In this document: piece by piece, positions 28,076 to 37,703 of the stretch
Layout of the letters: the number at the start of each line of letters is the position of its first letter
Position numbering within the stretch: the stretch's first letter is position 1
Virus record (IMG/VR): IMGVR_UViG_2558860984_000001
Span: 32,001 to 96,000 of that record
Strand: one strand, 5' to 3'
DNA: 64,000 nucleotides
Source of the DNA: a virus
Taxonomy: Duplodnaviria > Caudoviricetes
Position numbers and translations under genes: made by a program
The notes under the pieces: model-generated
What the model saw: the letters and a program-made list of their open reading frames with translations, nothing else
Told to the model about the DNA's origin: nothing
The model's database searches: none

Positions 28076-29794
28076 ATGGCTTACCGGCACGACGGCTCCG
28101 ACCTCACCGTTCAGGACTGGTTCTGCGGAGCTGGAGGCTCCAGTCAGGCGGCCGAGAAGGTGCCTGGTCTCCGGGTGTGCTTCGCGGCGAACCACTGGAA
28201 ACAGGCGATCAAGTCCCACATGTTCAACTTCCCCGGCATCGCGCACTACACGGGGGACATCCGCCGCGCCCCGGTGTGGTCCTGGCCGGTCGCTGACCTG
28301 CACTGGGGATCTCCGGAGTGCACGAACTGGTCCATGGCGAAGGGCCAGAAGCGCAGCTTCGCGAAGGCCGTGCAGGGCGACCTGCTGGAGCTGTACGCGG
28401 ACGAGGAAGCGGACAAGTTCCGCACGGCCGGCGACGGCGACCCGGACGGCCCGACGAAGGAAGAGAAGGAATCGCGGGCGCTGATGGAGGAGGTGCCGCT
28501 CTACCTCCGCGGGGTGCAAGAACGCGGCGGGCTCGTGAAGGCGGGCGTCGTCGAGAACGTGATCGACGTCCGTGACTGGGCGGAATGGGACCGGTGGCGC
28601 GCCGAGTTCCACAAGCTCGGCTACCACACCAGGCTGATCGCGCTGAACTCGATGCACGCCGACCCGCGCAGCGTGGACCGCGCCCCGCAGAGCCGAGACC
28701 GGCTGTACCTGGCGTACTGGCACCGCAGCCTCGGACGGACACCGAACTGGGACAAGTGGCTCAGGCCGCGGGCACGCTGCATGGCGTGCGACGAAGTCGT
28801 GGCCGCCGAGCAGGTGTTCCGGAAGCCGGGCCAGGACATGGGCCGCTACCGGCAGGCGTACGACTACCGGTGCCCGCGGAAACACTGCCGGGCCATCGTG
28901 GAACCGAAGACGCTGCCCGCGGCCGCGGCGATCGACTGGACCATCAAGGGCACGCCGATCGGCAGCCGCCCCAAGAGCAAGGACTGCCCCGAGGGCCTGG
29001 CCCCGGCGACGATGGCCCGCATCCGGGCCGGCGTCGCCAAGTTCTGGCCGCAGCCCGACGCCGTCGACGAATGCGACGGGCAGGGCGCGCTGTTCGACGA
29101 CCACGGCGAAGCGGCGCCCGCCGGGGGAGCCCCGCCGCTCCTCGTGCCGACCGGCGGCACCTGGCGCACCGGCGCGAGCAGCGTGGACGTCCCGATGCCC
29201 ACGCGGACCACGACCGAAGGCGACGCGCTGACGGTCCCGCCGCTGCTGATCCCGTGCGAGGGAAGGGACGGCAAGCGGGCCATGCCGCTGGATGAGCCGC
29301 TGCGCACCCAGACGACGCGATCGGAAACCGCCATCGCTTACGCCCCGTTCGTGGTGCCCATGCGCGGGGGCGGCGACAAGGAGAAGGCCCGGGACATCCG
29401 GCAGCCGCTCCACACCGTGACCGCCGGCGGCAACCACCACGGCCTCGTGACCCCGCCGCTGCTGGTGCCGTACTACGGCAACGGACAGGCCCGCACCACG
29501 AACGAGCCGATCGGCGCCCTGCCCACCCGCGACCGCTACGCGCTGCTGGAGAACGGCGAGTACGACGTCTCCAAGATCCTCTTCAGGATGCTGCAGCCGA
29601 GTGAGATCGGCCGGGCCATGGCGTTCGCGGCCAACTATCGCGTCCTCGGCACCAAGCGGCAGCAGGTCAAGCAGTACGGGAATGCGGTGACCCCTCCGGC
29701 GGCCGAGGTGCTGCTGTGCGCGCTCGTCGAGTGCATCACCGGCGAGGACATCGACCGGTACGCCGACCCGAACCGCATGGCACTGGTCGCCTGA
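28076..29794 (+). CDS. DNA (cytosine-5)-methyltransferase, phage/plasmid type
   Basis: DWFCGAGG (I), SPEC (IV), VENV (VI), QSRDR (VIII), QYGNAVTP (X); repeated PLxTxT units. Confidence 0.92.
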   Translation: MAYRHDGSDLTVQDWFCGAGGSSQAAEKVPGLRVCFAANHWKQAIKSHMFNFPGIAHYTGDIRRAPVWSWPVADLHWGSPECTNWSMAKGQKRSFAKAVQGDLLELYADEEADKFRTAGDGDPDGPTKEEKESRALMEEVPLYLRGVQERGGLVKAGVVENVIDVRDWAEWDRWRAEFHKLGYHTRLIALNSMHADPRSVDRAPQSRDRLYLAYWHRSLGRTPNWDKWLRPRARCMACDEVVAAEQVFRKPGQDMGRYRQAYDYRCPRKHCRAIVEPKTLPAAAAIDWTIKGTPIGSRPKSKDCPEGLAPATMARIRAGVAKFWPQPDAVDECDGQGALFDDHGEAAPAGGAPPLLVPTGGTWRTGASSVDVPMPTRTTTEGDALTVPPLLIPCEGRDGKRAMPLDEPLRTQTTRSETAIAYAPFVVPMRGGGDKEKARDIRQPLHTVTAGGNHHGLVTPPLLVPYYGNGQARTTNEPIGALPTRDRYALLENGEYDVSKILFRMLQPSEIGRAMAFAANYRVLGTKRQQVKQYGNAVTPPAAEVLLCALVECITGEDIDRYADPNRMALVA

Positions 29795-30098
29795 CCTGCG
29801 CATGTGTGCGGCCGACGGGCGAAAGCCTGGGAATCCCGTCGGCCGCGCGCCCAGCAGCGATGGGCCTCACGACCCGACCAGGCGTCGCCCACCGTACCCG
29901 CCCCGGCGCAGCTCCGGCCGCCGCACCAGCCCCTCGGCGCCCCCGCCCGCCTGACCTGCCCCGGACAGAGGGACACACGCCTCCCTCAGCCCTCCACCCC
30001 CTGACGGTCCACCTCCCCCCAAGCGGTAGCCCCGCGGCCGTCACAGCCCCGGCCACCGCCTCCCTGCCCCAGATCCGGGCCAATCCGAAAGCCCCGAG

Positions 30099-31046
30099 AT
30101 GACCACCGGACAACTCGCCTTCGAACTCCCCGGCCTCGATGACGCCGGCCCCGACCTCGCCTCGTACCGGTGGCTGCTGGCGAACATCAGCGGCGGCAAG
30201 GACTCGATGGCGATGCTCCACGAACTCGTCCGCCAGGCCGACGCCGCCGGCGTCCCCCGCGACCGCATCGTCTGCGTGCACGCCGACCTCGTCCGCGCCG
30301 AGTGGGAAGGCGTCCGCGAACTCGCCGCCGCGCCCGCCGCCGCGTACGGCCTGCGGTTCGAGGTCGTGGCACGCATCGGCCTCGACCTGATCGACCGCAT
30401 CGCCGAGCGCGGCATGTTCCCCGACGCATCGAACCGCTGGTGCACGAGCGACTTCAAGCGAGGCCCCGTCCGGCGCCTGATGACCGCCCTCGTCCGCGAA
30501 GCCGAAGCCGCCGGACACCTCTGCCGAGTCCGCATCCTCAACGTGATGGGCCTGCGCGCCGACGAGTCACCGGCCCGCCGCCGACTGCGCGCCTTCTCCC
30601 ACGACGGCGCCCTCACCTGCCCCTGCCCAGACTGCCTTTCCCGCCGTGCCGCGCTGGAGAGCGCCGAACGACGCGGCGTACCCTGCCCGAAGCACAAGAA
30701 GCCCGGCCACGGCGCGTCGAACACACTGCGGCACGTCGACACCTGGCACCCCGTGCACTCCTGGTCGACCAGAGACGTGTGGGCGGCCGTCGAGCGGTCC
30801 GGCCTCCGCCCGCACCCCGCCTACGCCAACGGCATGCCCCGCCTGTCGTGTTCGTTCTGCGTTCTAGCGTCGCGGCCGGCGCTCGTGCGCGCCGCGCAGC
30901 TCCGGCCCGAACTGGCCGCCGAGTACGCCACCATCGAGAAGCGAATCGGCCACCGCTTCAGGAACGACGTGTCGATGGCAGAGATCATCGACGAGGCTGC
31001 TGAGGCATCGTCCGAGGTCACAGCAATTCCCTGCTGGACAGGGTGA
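30099..31046 (+). CDS. PAPS reductase (PP-loop) family protein
   Basis: ISGGKDS, RWCTSDFK, GLRADESPAR, HPAY..GMPRLSCSFC. Confidence 0.9.
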   Translation: MTTGQLAFELPGLDDAGPDLASYRWLLANISGGKDSMAMLHELVRQADAAGVPRDRIVCVHADLVRAEWEGVRELAAAPAAAYGLRFEVVARIGLDLIDRIAERGMFPDASNRWCTSDFKRGPVRRLMTALVREAEAAGHLCRVRILNVMGLRADESPARRRLRAFSHDGALTCPCPDCLSRRAALESAERRGVPCPKHKKPGHGASNTLRHVDTWHPVHSWSTRDVWAAVERSGLRPHPAYANGMPRLSCSFCVLASRPALVRAAQLRPELAAEYATIEKRIGHRFRNDVSMAEIIDEAAEASSEVTAIPCWTG

Positions 31047-31210
31047 TCACCAATCGTGTGTATCATCCAAGATGCGATCGGCCGTCCTGTGCAGCGGCGC
31101 GGCCGACGCAGGCGCCGGTGGTCGCAACGCAGCACGATCGCCTTCCGGGCGATAGGTCCAGGTGCAAACCCTGGCCGGCGCTCTCCCCACACCCTTCCAG
31201 GGGGCGCGCC

Positions 31211-33334
31211 ATGTTCCACGGATCAATCCCCGCCCCCCTCCGCTCGATCATCTACGAGCACGCCGGCGCCTGGCCCGAGACCGACATCTACATCGGCTGC
31301 AGCGGGAACTTCACCATCGAGCGCGTCCTGCACTCCCGATTCGGCAACACGCGACCGGTGCACGGCAACGACATCACCGCCTACTCGTGCGCGCTCGGCT
31401 GGTTCCTCGCTGGGGAGGACCTGCCGTACGAGCTGCGCGAGGAGTACGAAGACGAGCTGGGGTGGGTAGCCCCCTACCTGGAGGACCGCACCGACCGGCT
31501 CGCCACCCTGATGCTCGGCACCCGCTTCCTCCAGTACGTCGGCAAGGAAGGCACCTACTACCGGCGGATGCTCGACGCCACCCGCGATCAATGGCCGCGG
31601 ATGCACGAGAAGACCGCGGCGAAGCTCCACGCACTGGAGACCCGCCTCGGCAGCTTCTACGCCGGCGACGTCCGCACGTACCTCAGCGAAGAGGTCCCCG
31701 AGCGTGCCCCGGTCGTCATGTTCCCGCCGTTCTACTGCCTGTCGCCCGAGCACCGGCTACTCACCGCGGATCTGCGATGGGTGCCCTGCGGCGACCTGCG
31801 GGCCGGTGACCGCCTCCTCGCCTTCGATGAAGAGACGCCCAAGGGCTCCACGCACCGGCGACTTCGCTGGTCACAGATCGTCCGTTCGGAGCCCGCCATG
31901 AAGGAGTGCGTGCGGGTCATCCTGGAGGACGGAACCGACATCGTGTGCACTGCGGACCACCCGTGGCTCGCCGACCGGCACAACCGGCCGAGCAGAACAC
32001 CGAGGCGGTGGGTTCGCGCGGACCGCCTGTTCGACGAAGCGCCGTACGTGATCCGGCTGACGGACACCTGGGAGCCAGCCCGGACGTACGAGGCCGGATG
32101 GCTGGCCGGGATCTTCGACGGCGAAGGATCGGTGTACCTGGGCAAGTCGGCATCCAAGGCCGGGATCTCACAGCGCCCCGGCCCGGTCGCCGACCAGTTC
32201 GCCGTCTGGCTCAAGAAGATGGGCTTCGACACCAGCGTGTCCCCGCGCCCCAGCGGTGTGCAGTCCATCGACGTTGCGGGCGGCTGGCCGGCGATGCTGC
32301 GGTCGCTCGGCACCCTGCGACCCGAGCGGCTGATCGCCCGCCTGCAACAGCTGGAGATCGAGCGGCTGAGCATCCGATCGCGCGGCAACCCGCGCTTGAA
32401 GGTCGTCGCGGTCGAGCGTATCGGCGACCGCCCGATCCAGTCGATCACGACGACGACCGGCACATACATCGGCGAGGGCTTCGCCATGCACAACAGCGGC
32501 GACTACACCAGCCAGTTCGCGCCCATCGACGCCGCGTTCTCCTGGCCCGAGCCGCAGTTCGGCGAGCTGACCGAGGACGGCAAGGAAGAGATCATCCACC
32601 AGGTGCAGGACCGGCCGCACTGGGTGCTCGGCCTGCACATCGAACGCCCGGAGCTGCGCCACCGGCTCGCCGGCGTCGTGCAGACCGCGAACCGCGGCCT
32701 GCCGATCTACGTGTACGCCGCAGCCGGGCCCCGCCGCATCGTCCGCCCCCGGCAACCCGTCGAGCCGATCCCCATGCAGAAGATCGGCGTGGGCGATGAC
32801 CTCGGCGACAAGATGACCCTCCACGTCCTGACAGGCGGCCAGTTCGCCGGCGTCCGCTCCCAGTTCATGTCCAAGAGCATCAAGCCCGGCAGCCCCCTGC
32901 TCGCCTGCGGCGTCGCCGTCGACGGGAAGCTGATCGGCGCGTTCGCGTACCTCCCGCCGAAGTTCGACCCGGCGACCGCCTACCTCATGTCCGACTTCCC
33001 GGTGTCGTGGACGAAGTACCGGCGCCTGGCCAAGCTCATCGTCATGGCCGCCTCGACCACCGAGGCGCAGCTGCTCCTCCAGCGCTCCCTCTCGAAGCGG
33101 CTCACCGGCTGGGCCACCACCGCGTTCACCGACCGGCCCAACAGCGCGAAGTACGGCCGCGGCATCCCCGGCGTGAAGCTCCAGAAGCGCACCGAGGCGA
33201 GCAGCAAGGACCCGGGCGACGGCATCCACCGCTACCAGCTCCAGTACGGCGGCCCCCTCGGCGGCTACACCCTCGCGGGCGCCCTGGACTTGTGGAAGCG
33301 GAAGCACGGCAGCGACATGAAGAAGGACAGCTGA
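31211..33334 (+). CDS. atypical adenine methyltransferase-like (putative antirestriction) protein containing an intein
   Basis: YIGCSGNFTIER, GND and FPPFY motifs; intein directly after FPPFY; C-terminal region VDGKLIGAFAY...YLMSDF is GNAT-like by eye. Confidence 0.75.
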   Translation: MFHGSIPAPLRSIIYEHAGAWPETDIYIGCSGNFTIERVLHSRFGNTRPVHGNDITAYSCALGWFLAGEDLPYELREEYEDELGWVAPYLEDRTDRLATLMLGTRFLQYVGKEGTYYRRMLDATRDQWPRMHEKTAAKLHALETRLGSFYAGDVRTYLSEEVPERAPVVMFPPFYCLSPEHRLLTADLRWVPCGDLRAGDRLLAFDEETPKGSTHRRLRWSQIVRSEPAMKECVRVILEDGTDIVCTADHPWLADRHNRPSRTPRRWVRADRLFDEAPYVIRLTDTWEPARTYEAGWLAGIFDGEGSVYLGKSASKAGISQRPGPVADQFAVWLKKMGFDTSVSPRPSGVQSIDVAGGWPAMLRSLGTLRPERLIARLQQLEIERLSIRSRGNPRLKVVAVERIGDRPIQSITTTTGTYIGEGFAMHNSGDYTSQFAPIDAAFSWPEPQFGELTEDGKEEIIHQVQDRPHWVLGLHIERPELRHRLAGVVQTANRGLPIYVYAAAGPRRIVRPRQPVEPIPMQKIGVGDDLGDKMTLHVLTGGQFAGVRSQFMSKSIKPGSPLLACGVAVDGKLIGAFAYLPPKFDPATAYLMSDFPVSWTKYRRLAKLIVMAASTTEAQLLLQRSLSKRLTGWATTAFTDRPNSAKYGRGIPGVKLQKRTEASSKDPGDGIHRYQLQYGGPLGGYTLAGALDLWKRKHGSDMKKDS
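31736..32494 (+). mobile_element. intein (253 aa) with LAGLIDADG-type endonuclease motif
   Basis: Block A CLSPEHRLL, block B CTADHPW, WLAGIFDGEGSV, terminal MHN followed by Ser +1. Confidence 0.92.
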
Positions 33335-34290
33335 TGACCGACAGCGCCCCGCCTCCGCCCGCACAGACGATCCGGCCCCGCCTCGTCCGCCGAGACCCCC
33401 GCACCCTGACCCCCCTCGACATGAACGCCCGCTACATGCGCAAGGAGGAGTGGGACAGGCTCGTCGACAACGTGAAGGCGGACGGCTGCCTCACCTCCGT
33501 ACCGCTCATCTACGGCGCCGGGGAGTACGAAGAAGGCCGCGAACTGATCCTCTCGGGGAACCACCGCACCGCCGCGGCCGTGGAAGTCGGCTTGGACGAG
33601 ATCGACTGCATGCTGATTGACGACCCGCAGCAGAAAGACGAACTCCTCGCCCGGCAGCTCTCGCACAACTCGATCGCCGGCCAGGACGACCCCGCCACCC
33701 TGAAGGCCCTGTACGACCAGATCGAGGACGTCGACTGGCGCGCCTACTCCGGCCTCGACGACGACCAGCTCAACCTGCTCGCCGAAGTCTCGCCCGAGGG
33801 CCTGTCGGAGGCGAACTTGGACTTCGCCACCGTGAGCCTGATCTTCCTGCCCAATGAGCTGGAGGCCGCGCGCACCGCGTTCGCCGACGCCAAGATGGGC
33901 CAGAACGAGAGCTGGCTCGCCGCCCGCGCCGACTACGACCAGACCTTGGACACGCTCGCGTCCACGCACGCCGCGCACAAGGTCGGCAACGTCGCCACCG
34001 CGCTCCACGCCATCCTCGCCATCGTCGAGAACCACCTGACCGACCTCCAGGCCGGCTACCAGTCCCCGGACGGCGAGCCCCTGCACACCGGGCACGTCGG
34101 GCTGGAGACCGTCCTCGGCACCCGCACCCTGCCCGCCCCCGCGGCCGTCACCCTCAACAGGGCCATAGCCGCGGCCGAAGGGCGGGGCGAGATCGACTCC
34201 GGGCAGGGCTGGCGCCTTCTGGAACGCCTCGCAGGCGAATACCTCTCTGGCCCCAACCACACCCCCGCAGCGCCCACGCCCACGTCATGA
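33334..34290 (+). CDS. ParB/Sulfiredoxin-like N-terminal domain protein
   Basis: NARYM, ILSGNHR, QLSHNSIAGQDD; TGATG coupling to the MTase gene. Confidence 0.8.
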   Translation: MTDSAPPPPAQTIRPRLVRRDPRTLTPLDMNARYMRKEEWDRLVDNVKADGCLTSVPLIYGAGEYEEGRELILSGNHRTAAAVEVGLDEIDCMLIDDPQQKDELLARQLSHNSIAGQDDPATLKALYDQIEDVDWRAYSGLDDDQLNLLAEVSPEGLSEANLDFATVSLIFLPNELEAARTAFADAKMGQNESWLAARADYDQTLDTLASTHAAHKVGNVATALHAILAIVENHLTDLQAGYQSPDGEPLHTGHVGLETVLGTRTLPAPAAVTLNRAIAAAEGRGEIDSGQGWRLLERLAGEYLSGPNHTPAAPTPTS

Positions 34291-34919
34291 GCGCCCCCAC
34301 GCCCATCACGCTCGACTCCGCGCTACCCCCGTGGGACCAGCAGCCGAGCGAGACCGCGAAGAAGCACGGCCAATTCGTCACCTACCGGGACCTAGGGCGC
34401 GCCCGCACGCTACCCAGGGCTGCGGAACTGCTACAGCGGCATCCGGTGACGATCCGGAAGATCAGCGCCGAGTTCCGCTGGCTGGAGCGCGCCGAAGCGT
34501 ACGACCGGCACCTGGACAAGCTGTACGAGGTGATGTGGCTGGAGGAGCGCCGCAAGGCCGCCGAAGCCGACGCGAAGATCCTCGGCGCCGCCATTGGCAA
34601 GGTCGCGCAACGGCTGCCGTCGCTGAACGCTCAGGAGATGAGCGCGGGCGACGTGATCCGGCTGATGGACGTCGCCATGCGGCACCGCCGCGCGCTGTTC
34701 GGCGACCCCACGGAGACGATCGTCGTCACCAGCGAATCCCGGTCGCCGCTCGCCGGGAAGTTGGAGGAGTTCGCCGGGCTGCCCGCCGACCAGCGCAATG
34801 CCCGCCTGGCGGAGCTGGCCGCGACCGTCACCCGCCGCGTACGGGCCATCGAAGGCGGCGATGACGACGAGGAGGACTATCCGGCCGGGCACGACGCGCA
34901 GGACGCCGACGAGGAGTGA
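34287..34919 (+). CDS. terminase small subunit (putative)
   Basis: PWDQQPSET...YRDLG..RTL...WLERAEAYD; directly upstream of and coupled to TerL. Confidence 0.7.
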   Translation: MSAPTPITLDSALPPWDQQPSETAKKHGQFVTYRDLGRARTLPRAAELLQRHPVTIRKISAEFRWLERAEAYDRHLDKLYEVMWLEERRKAAEADAKILGAAIGKVAQRLPSLNAQEMSAGDVIRLMDVAMRHRRALFGDPTETIVVTSESRSPLAGKLEEFAGLPADQRNARLAELAATVTRRVRAIEGGDDDEEDYPAGHDAQDADEE

Positions 34920-36490
34920 GCACCCGCGCCGTTGCCGACGAGCTGGCCTACCTCGACGACGTCGCGGTGTACCAGCAGCTCACCGCCGCCGAGCAGGCCG
35001 TGAGCCGGGACCTGCTGCGCGACCCGGTCACGCTCGCCCGCGGCTTGGACCCGACCTTCCGGATGCGCCCGCACCTGCGGGTCATCGGCAACGCGCTGGC
35101 GGATGTGGAGCGCGGCGACTACGACAGGCTGCTGATCCTGACCCCGCCCCAGGTCGGGAAGTCGACGACGGTCGCGGAGTGGTTCCCGTTCTGGTGGCTG
35201 GCGCTGCACGACCGCGACCGGGTCGCGGTCACCTCCTACTCCGACGACCTGGCGCTGAAGCGCGGCAAGACGATCCGGTCGTACGTGGAGCAGCACGGTG
35301 CCGAGTACGAGCTGCTGATGAAAGCCGGGTCCGGCGCCATGCAGGACTGGGAGATCACTCAGGGCGGCGGCGTGCGCTCCGTGTCCGTCGGCAAGGGTCT
35401 GACCGGCCACTCGGTGAACCTGCTGATCGTCGATGACCCGCACAAGGACCGCGCGGACGCCGAGTCCGAGGCCAGCCGGCGGGCCCTGCACGACTGGTAC
35501 AGCTCGACCGCGCTGAAGCGGCTCCAGCCGGACCGCAACGCCGTGGTGAGCATCATGACCCGCTGGCACCCGGACGACTTCGCCGGGCGTCGCATCGCCG
35601 ACGAAGGCCGCTTGGAGGACGGCGGCCGGTGGCGCGTCATCCACCTGCCGGCGATCGCCGACCCGAAGTTCGGGCCGGACCCCCTCGGCCGCGAGCCGGG
35701 CGAACCGCTGCCGCACCCGAAGATCGCCACCCGGGACCGGCGGGCGCTCCGGGCGTGGTGGGCGGACATGAAGCGCACGTCGATCGTGCGGGACTGGCAC
35801 GCGCTCGCCCAGGGCGACCCGCAGCCTGCAGAGGGCGCGTTGGTGTCGGAGGAACTGCTGCGACTCCTCCGGGACACGTCAACCCGGGTCGAGCCACAGA
35901 AGGTCGCTGTCGCCATCGACCCATCAGGTGGGGGCAGGGACGTGGCTGGCGTCGTCGGCGGATTCCTCGGCGACGACGGCCGCGTATGGGTCACCCACGA
36001 CCGGTCCGGCGTCATGTCATCGGCCGACTGGTCGACCGCTGCGTGCCGGCTCGCGCACGAAACCGAAGCGGCGATCATCTACGTCGAGACGAACTACGGC
36101 GGCGACATGTGCTCCCTGGCCATCCGCACCTCGTGGGAAGCGCTCCAGGCGGCCGACGAGATCCCGGCGAAGGTGCTGCCGCCGATGGTGCAGACCGTCC
36201 GCGCGAAGCAGGGCAAACTGTTGCGCGCCGAGCCTGTGGCGCAGCAGATGGTGCAGGACAAGGTGCGGCTGCGCGGCGTGTTCACCGATCTCGAAAGAGA
36301 GTGGTCCACCTGGATGTCCACCGACCCGGACTCGCCGGGCCGGATCGACGCATCGACGATCCTCGTGTACGGCCTGATCCCCGAGGCGAACCAAGGGGCG
36401 ATCGTGCACGCACCGCTGCCGCGGGCGCCGACGCCGGGTCGTGGTCAGACGTCGTCGGCGGCGTCGGCGTACGGCCGCCGTATCGGCTGA
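34916..36490 (+). CDS. terL: terminase large subunit
   Basis: Walker A PPQVGKST, Walker B LLIVDDP, IMTRWH, nuclease VAIDPS, ETNYGG, SPGRIDA. Confidence 0.93.
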   Translation: MSTRAVADELAYLDDVAVYQQLTAAEQAVSRDLLRDPVTLARGLDPTFRMRPHLRVIGNALADVERGDYDRLLILTPPQVGKSTTVAEWFPFWWLALHDRDRVAVTSYSDDLALKRGKTIRSYVEQHGAEYELLMKAGSGAMQDWEITQGGGVRSVSVGKGLTGHSVNLLIVDDPHKDRADAESEASRRALHDWYSSTALKRLQPDRNAVVSIMTRWHPDDFAGRRIADEGRLEDGGRWRVIHLPAIADPKFGPDPLGREPGEPLPHPKIATRDRRALRAWWADMKRTSIVRDWHALAQGDPQPAEGALVSEELLRLLRDTSTRVEPQKVAVAIDPSGGGRDVAGVVGGFLGDDGRVWVTHDRSGVMSSADWSTAACRLAHETEAAIIYVETNYGGDMCSLAIRTSWEALQAADEIPAKVLPPMVQTVRAKQGKLLRAEPVAQQMVQDKVRLRGVFTDLEREWSTWMSTDPDSPGRIDASTILVYGLIPEANQGAIVHAPLPRAPTPGRGQTSSAASAYGRRIG

Positions 36491-36736
36491 CTCCCCAGTC
36501 CGGCAGCCGCAGACTGCAATCCAGGAGTGCCGCAGTCGCCTCTCCCTCCACGGCGGACCGGGGCAGGCCGTGCGGTGTCGGCAGCGTGGCCGCACCTGAG
36601 TCTCGTACGGGCGGCAGTGCCCCGAACTTTCCAAAAATCCCTGGTCAAACCGGGTTTTTTCACTGGACGGGGTGGTGGCCACCCCCTAGATTGAAAGTAG
36701 ATCAAAACATACCAACTTCCTTCAAAGGAGAATGAA

Positions 36737-36928
36737 ATGGCCACCAAGATGCCGAGCGAGTGCCCCCACCCCGCCACCGCCCGCTCCAACTGGGGCGACC
36801 GCAACTATGGGTGCGGCGACTGCGGCCTCACCCCCATCCAGCTCGAATGGCAGGCATACCGCAGGGCCCACCCCGTTGACTGGGACGCCGTCAGCAGCCC
36901 GAGCACCACTCAGATCGACGCCGACTGA
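36737..36928 (+). CDS. small zinc-ribbon hypothetical protein with its own promoter
   Basis: AAAGGAG RBS; AT-rich upstream with TAGATT; CPH...CGDCG; hairpin downstream. Confidence 0.65.
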   Translation: MATKMPSECPHPATARSNWGDRNYGCGDCGLTPIQLEWQAYRRAHPVDWDAVSSPSTTQIDAD

Positions 36929-37126
36929 CCAACCAATTGGCGACCTAGCCCCCTCGTCGTTCGAGGGGGCGTCGTCCTATCGCAGATCCCTCCACGGCTG
37001 TCGGGCACTCGGCCGCCTTGGAGGTGACGCCTCCGCTGCTAAGATCACCAAGAAGTCGCGCGTCAGCGCGGCGCGCGACCGCTGGTGCTAGGCCGGGTCC
37101 CCGCACACACCCCTGCGGGAGCACCT

Positions 37127-37375
37127 GTGCCCTCCCCGTCGCCCCTCACCCCCCACGCCCGCCCCGAACGGGAACGCGCCCGCGCCCGCCTCGCCGGCCT
37201 CGTCCGCCACCGGCCCCCGGACGACCCGGACATCGACCGGGCGCGCCGTGACCTCGCCGCCGCCCGCGTGCAGGGCCTCCTTCAGGCGGCGCTGGCCGAA
37301 CTCGCCCTCGTCACCGGCAACCCGGGCGCCAGCGACGGCGACACCGTCAAGGGGGCCGACCATGGGGCTCGTTGA
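37127..37375 (+). CDS. small phage protein
   Basis: GGGAG RBS, GTG start; RARLAGLVRHRPPDDPDIDRARRDL. Confidence 0.6.
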   Translation: MPSPSPLTPHARPERERARARLAGLVRHRPPDDPDIDRARRDLAAARVQGLLQAALAELALVTGNPGASDGDTVKGADHGAR

Positions 37376-37703
37376 GGTCCTCGTCCTCGGTCTGGCCGCG
37401 TACCGCGGAACCCAGCTCGCCGTGCACGACACCGTGCTCGACCCCGCACGGGACCGCGTGTTCGCCTGGCAGGCCCGCCGGCCGGAGTCCCGCCCACGCC
37501 AGTGGGTCATCACGCTGATCTCGTGCACGTACTGCATGGGCTGGTGGGTCGCCGGCGCCGCGCTCGGCATCTACGTCCTGGCCGCCGACACCTGGCCCGG
37601 CGTCCCGGAGTTCGCGCTGTACTGGTTCGCCGTCGCCGGCGTACAGGCGCTCCTCAACCGCTGGGACGACACCCGGCCCTCGTCTGCAGGGGCCGGGGAA
37701 TGA
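37362..37703 (+). CDS. DUF1360-like membrane protein
   Basis: LAAYRGTQL..HD.VLDP.R...LISCTYCMGWW. Confidence 0.85.
   Translation: MGLVEVLVLGLAAYRGTQLAVHDTVLDPARDRVFAWQARRPESRPRQWVITLISCTYCMGWWVAGAALGIYVLAADTWPGVPEFALYWFAVAGVQALLNRWDDTRPSSAGAGE

Noticed and set aside
29180-29550. Four PLxTxT-type repeats in the C5-MTase
   Set aside because: A usual feature of this phage-type methyltransferase family.
20391-29800. TGACCTGCG(AAAA) motif at about 20394-20406 (reverse), 23466 and 29792
   Set aside because: Resembles a short motif I recall as common in Streptomyces intergenic DNA; not specific to this element.
30099-31046. PAPS reductase as sulfate assimilation CysH or a complete Dnd system
   Set aside because: No cys or other dnd/ssp genes recognised; only family-level assignment is supportable.
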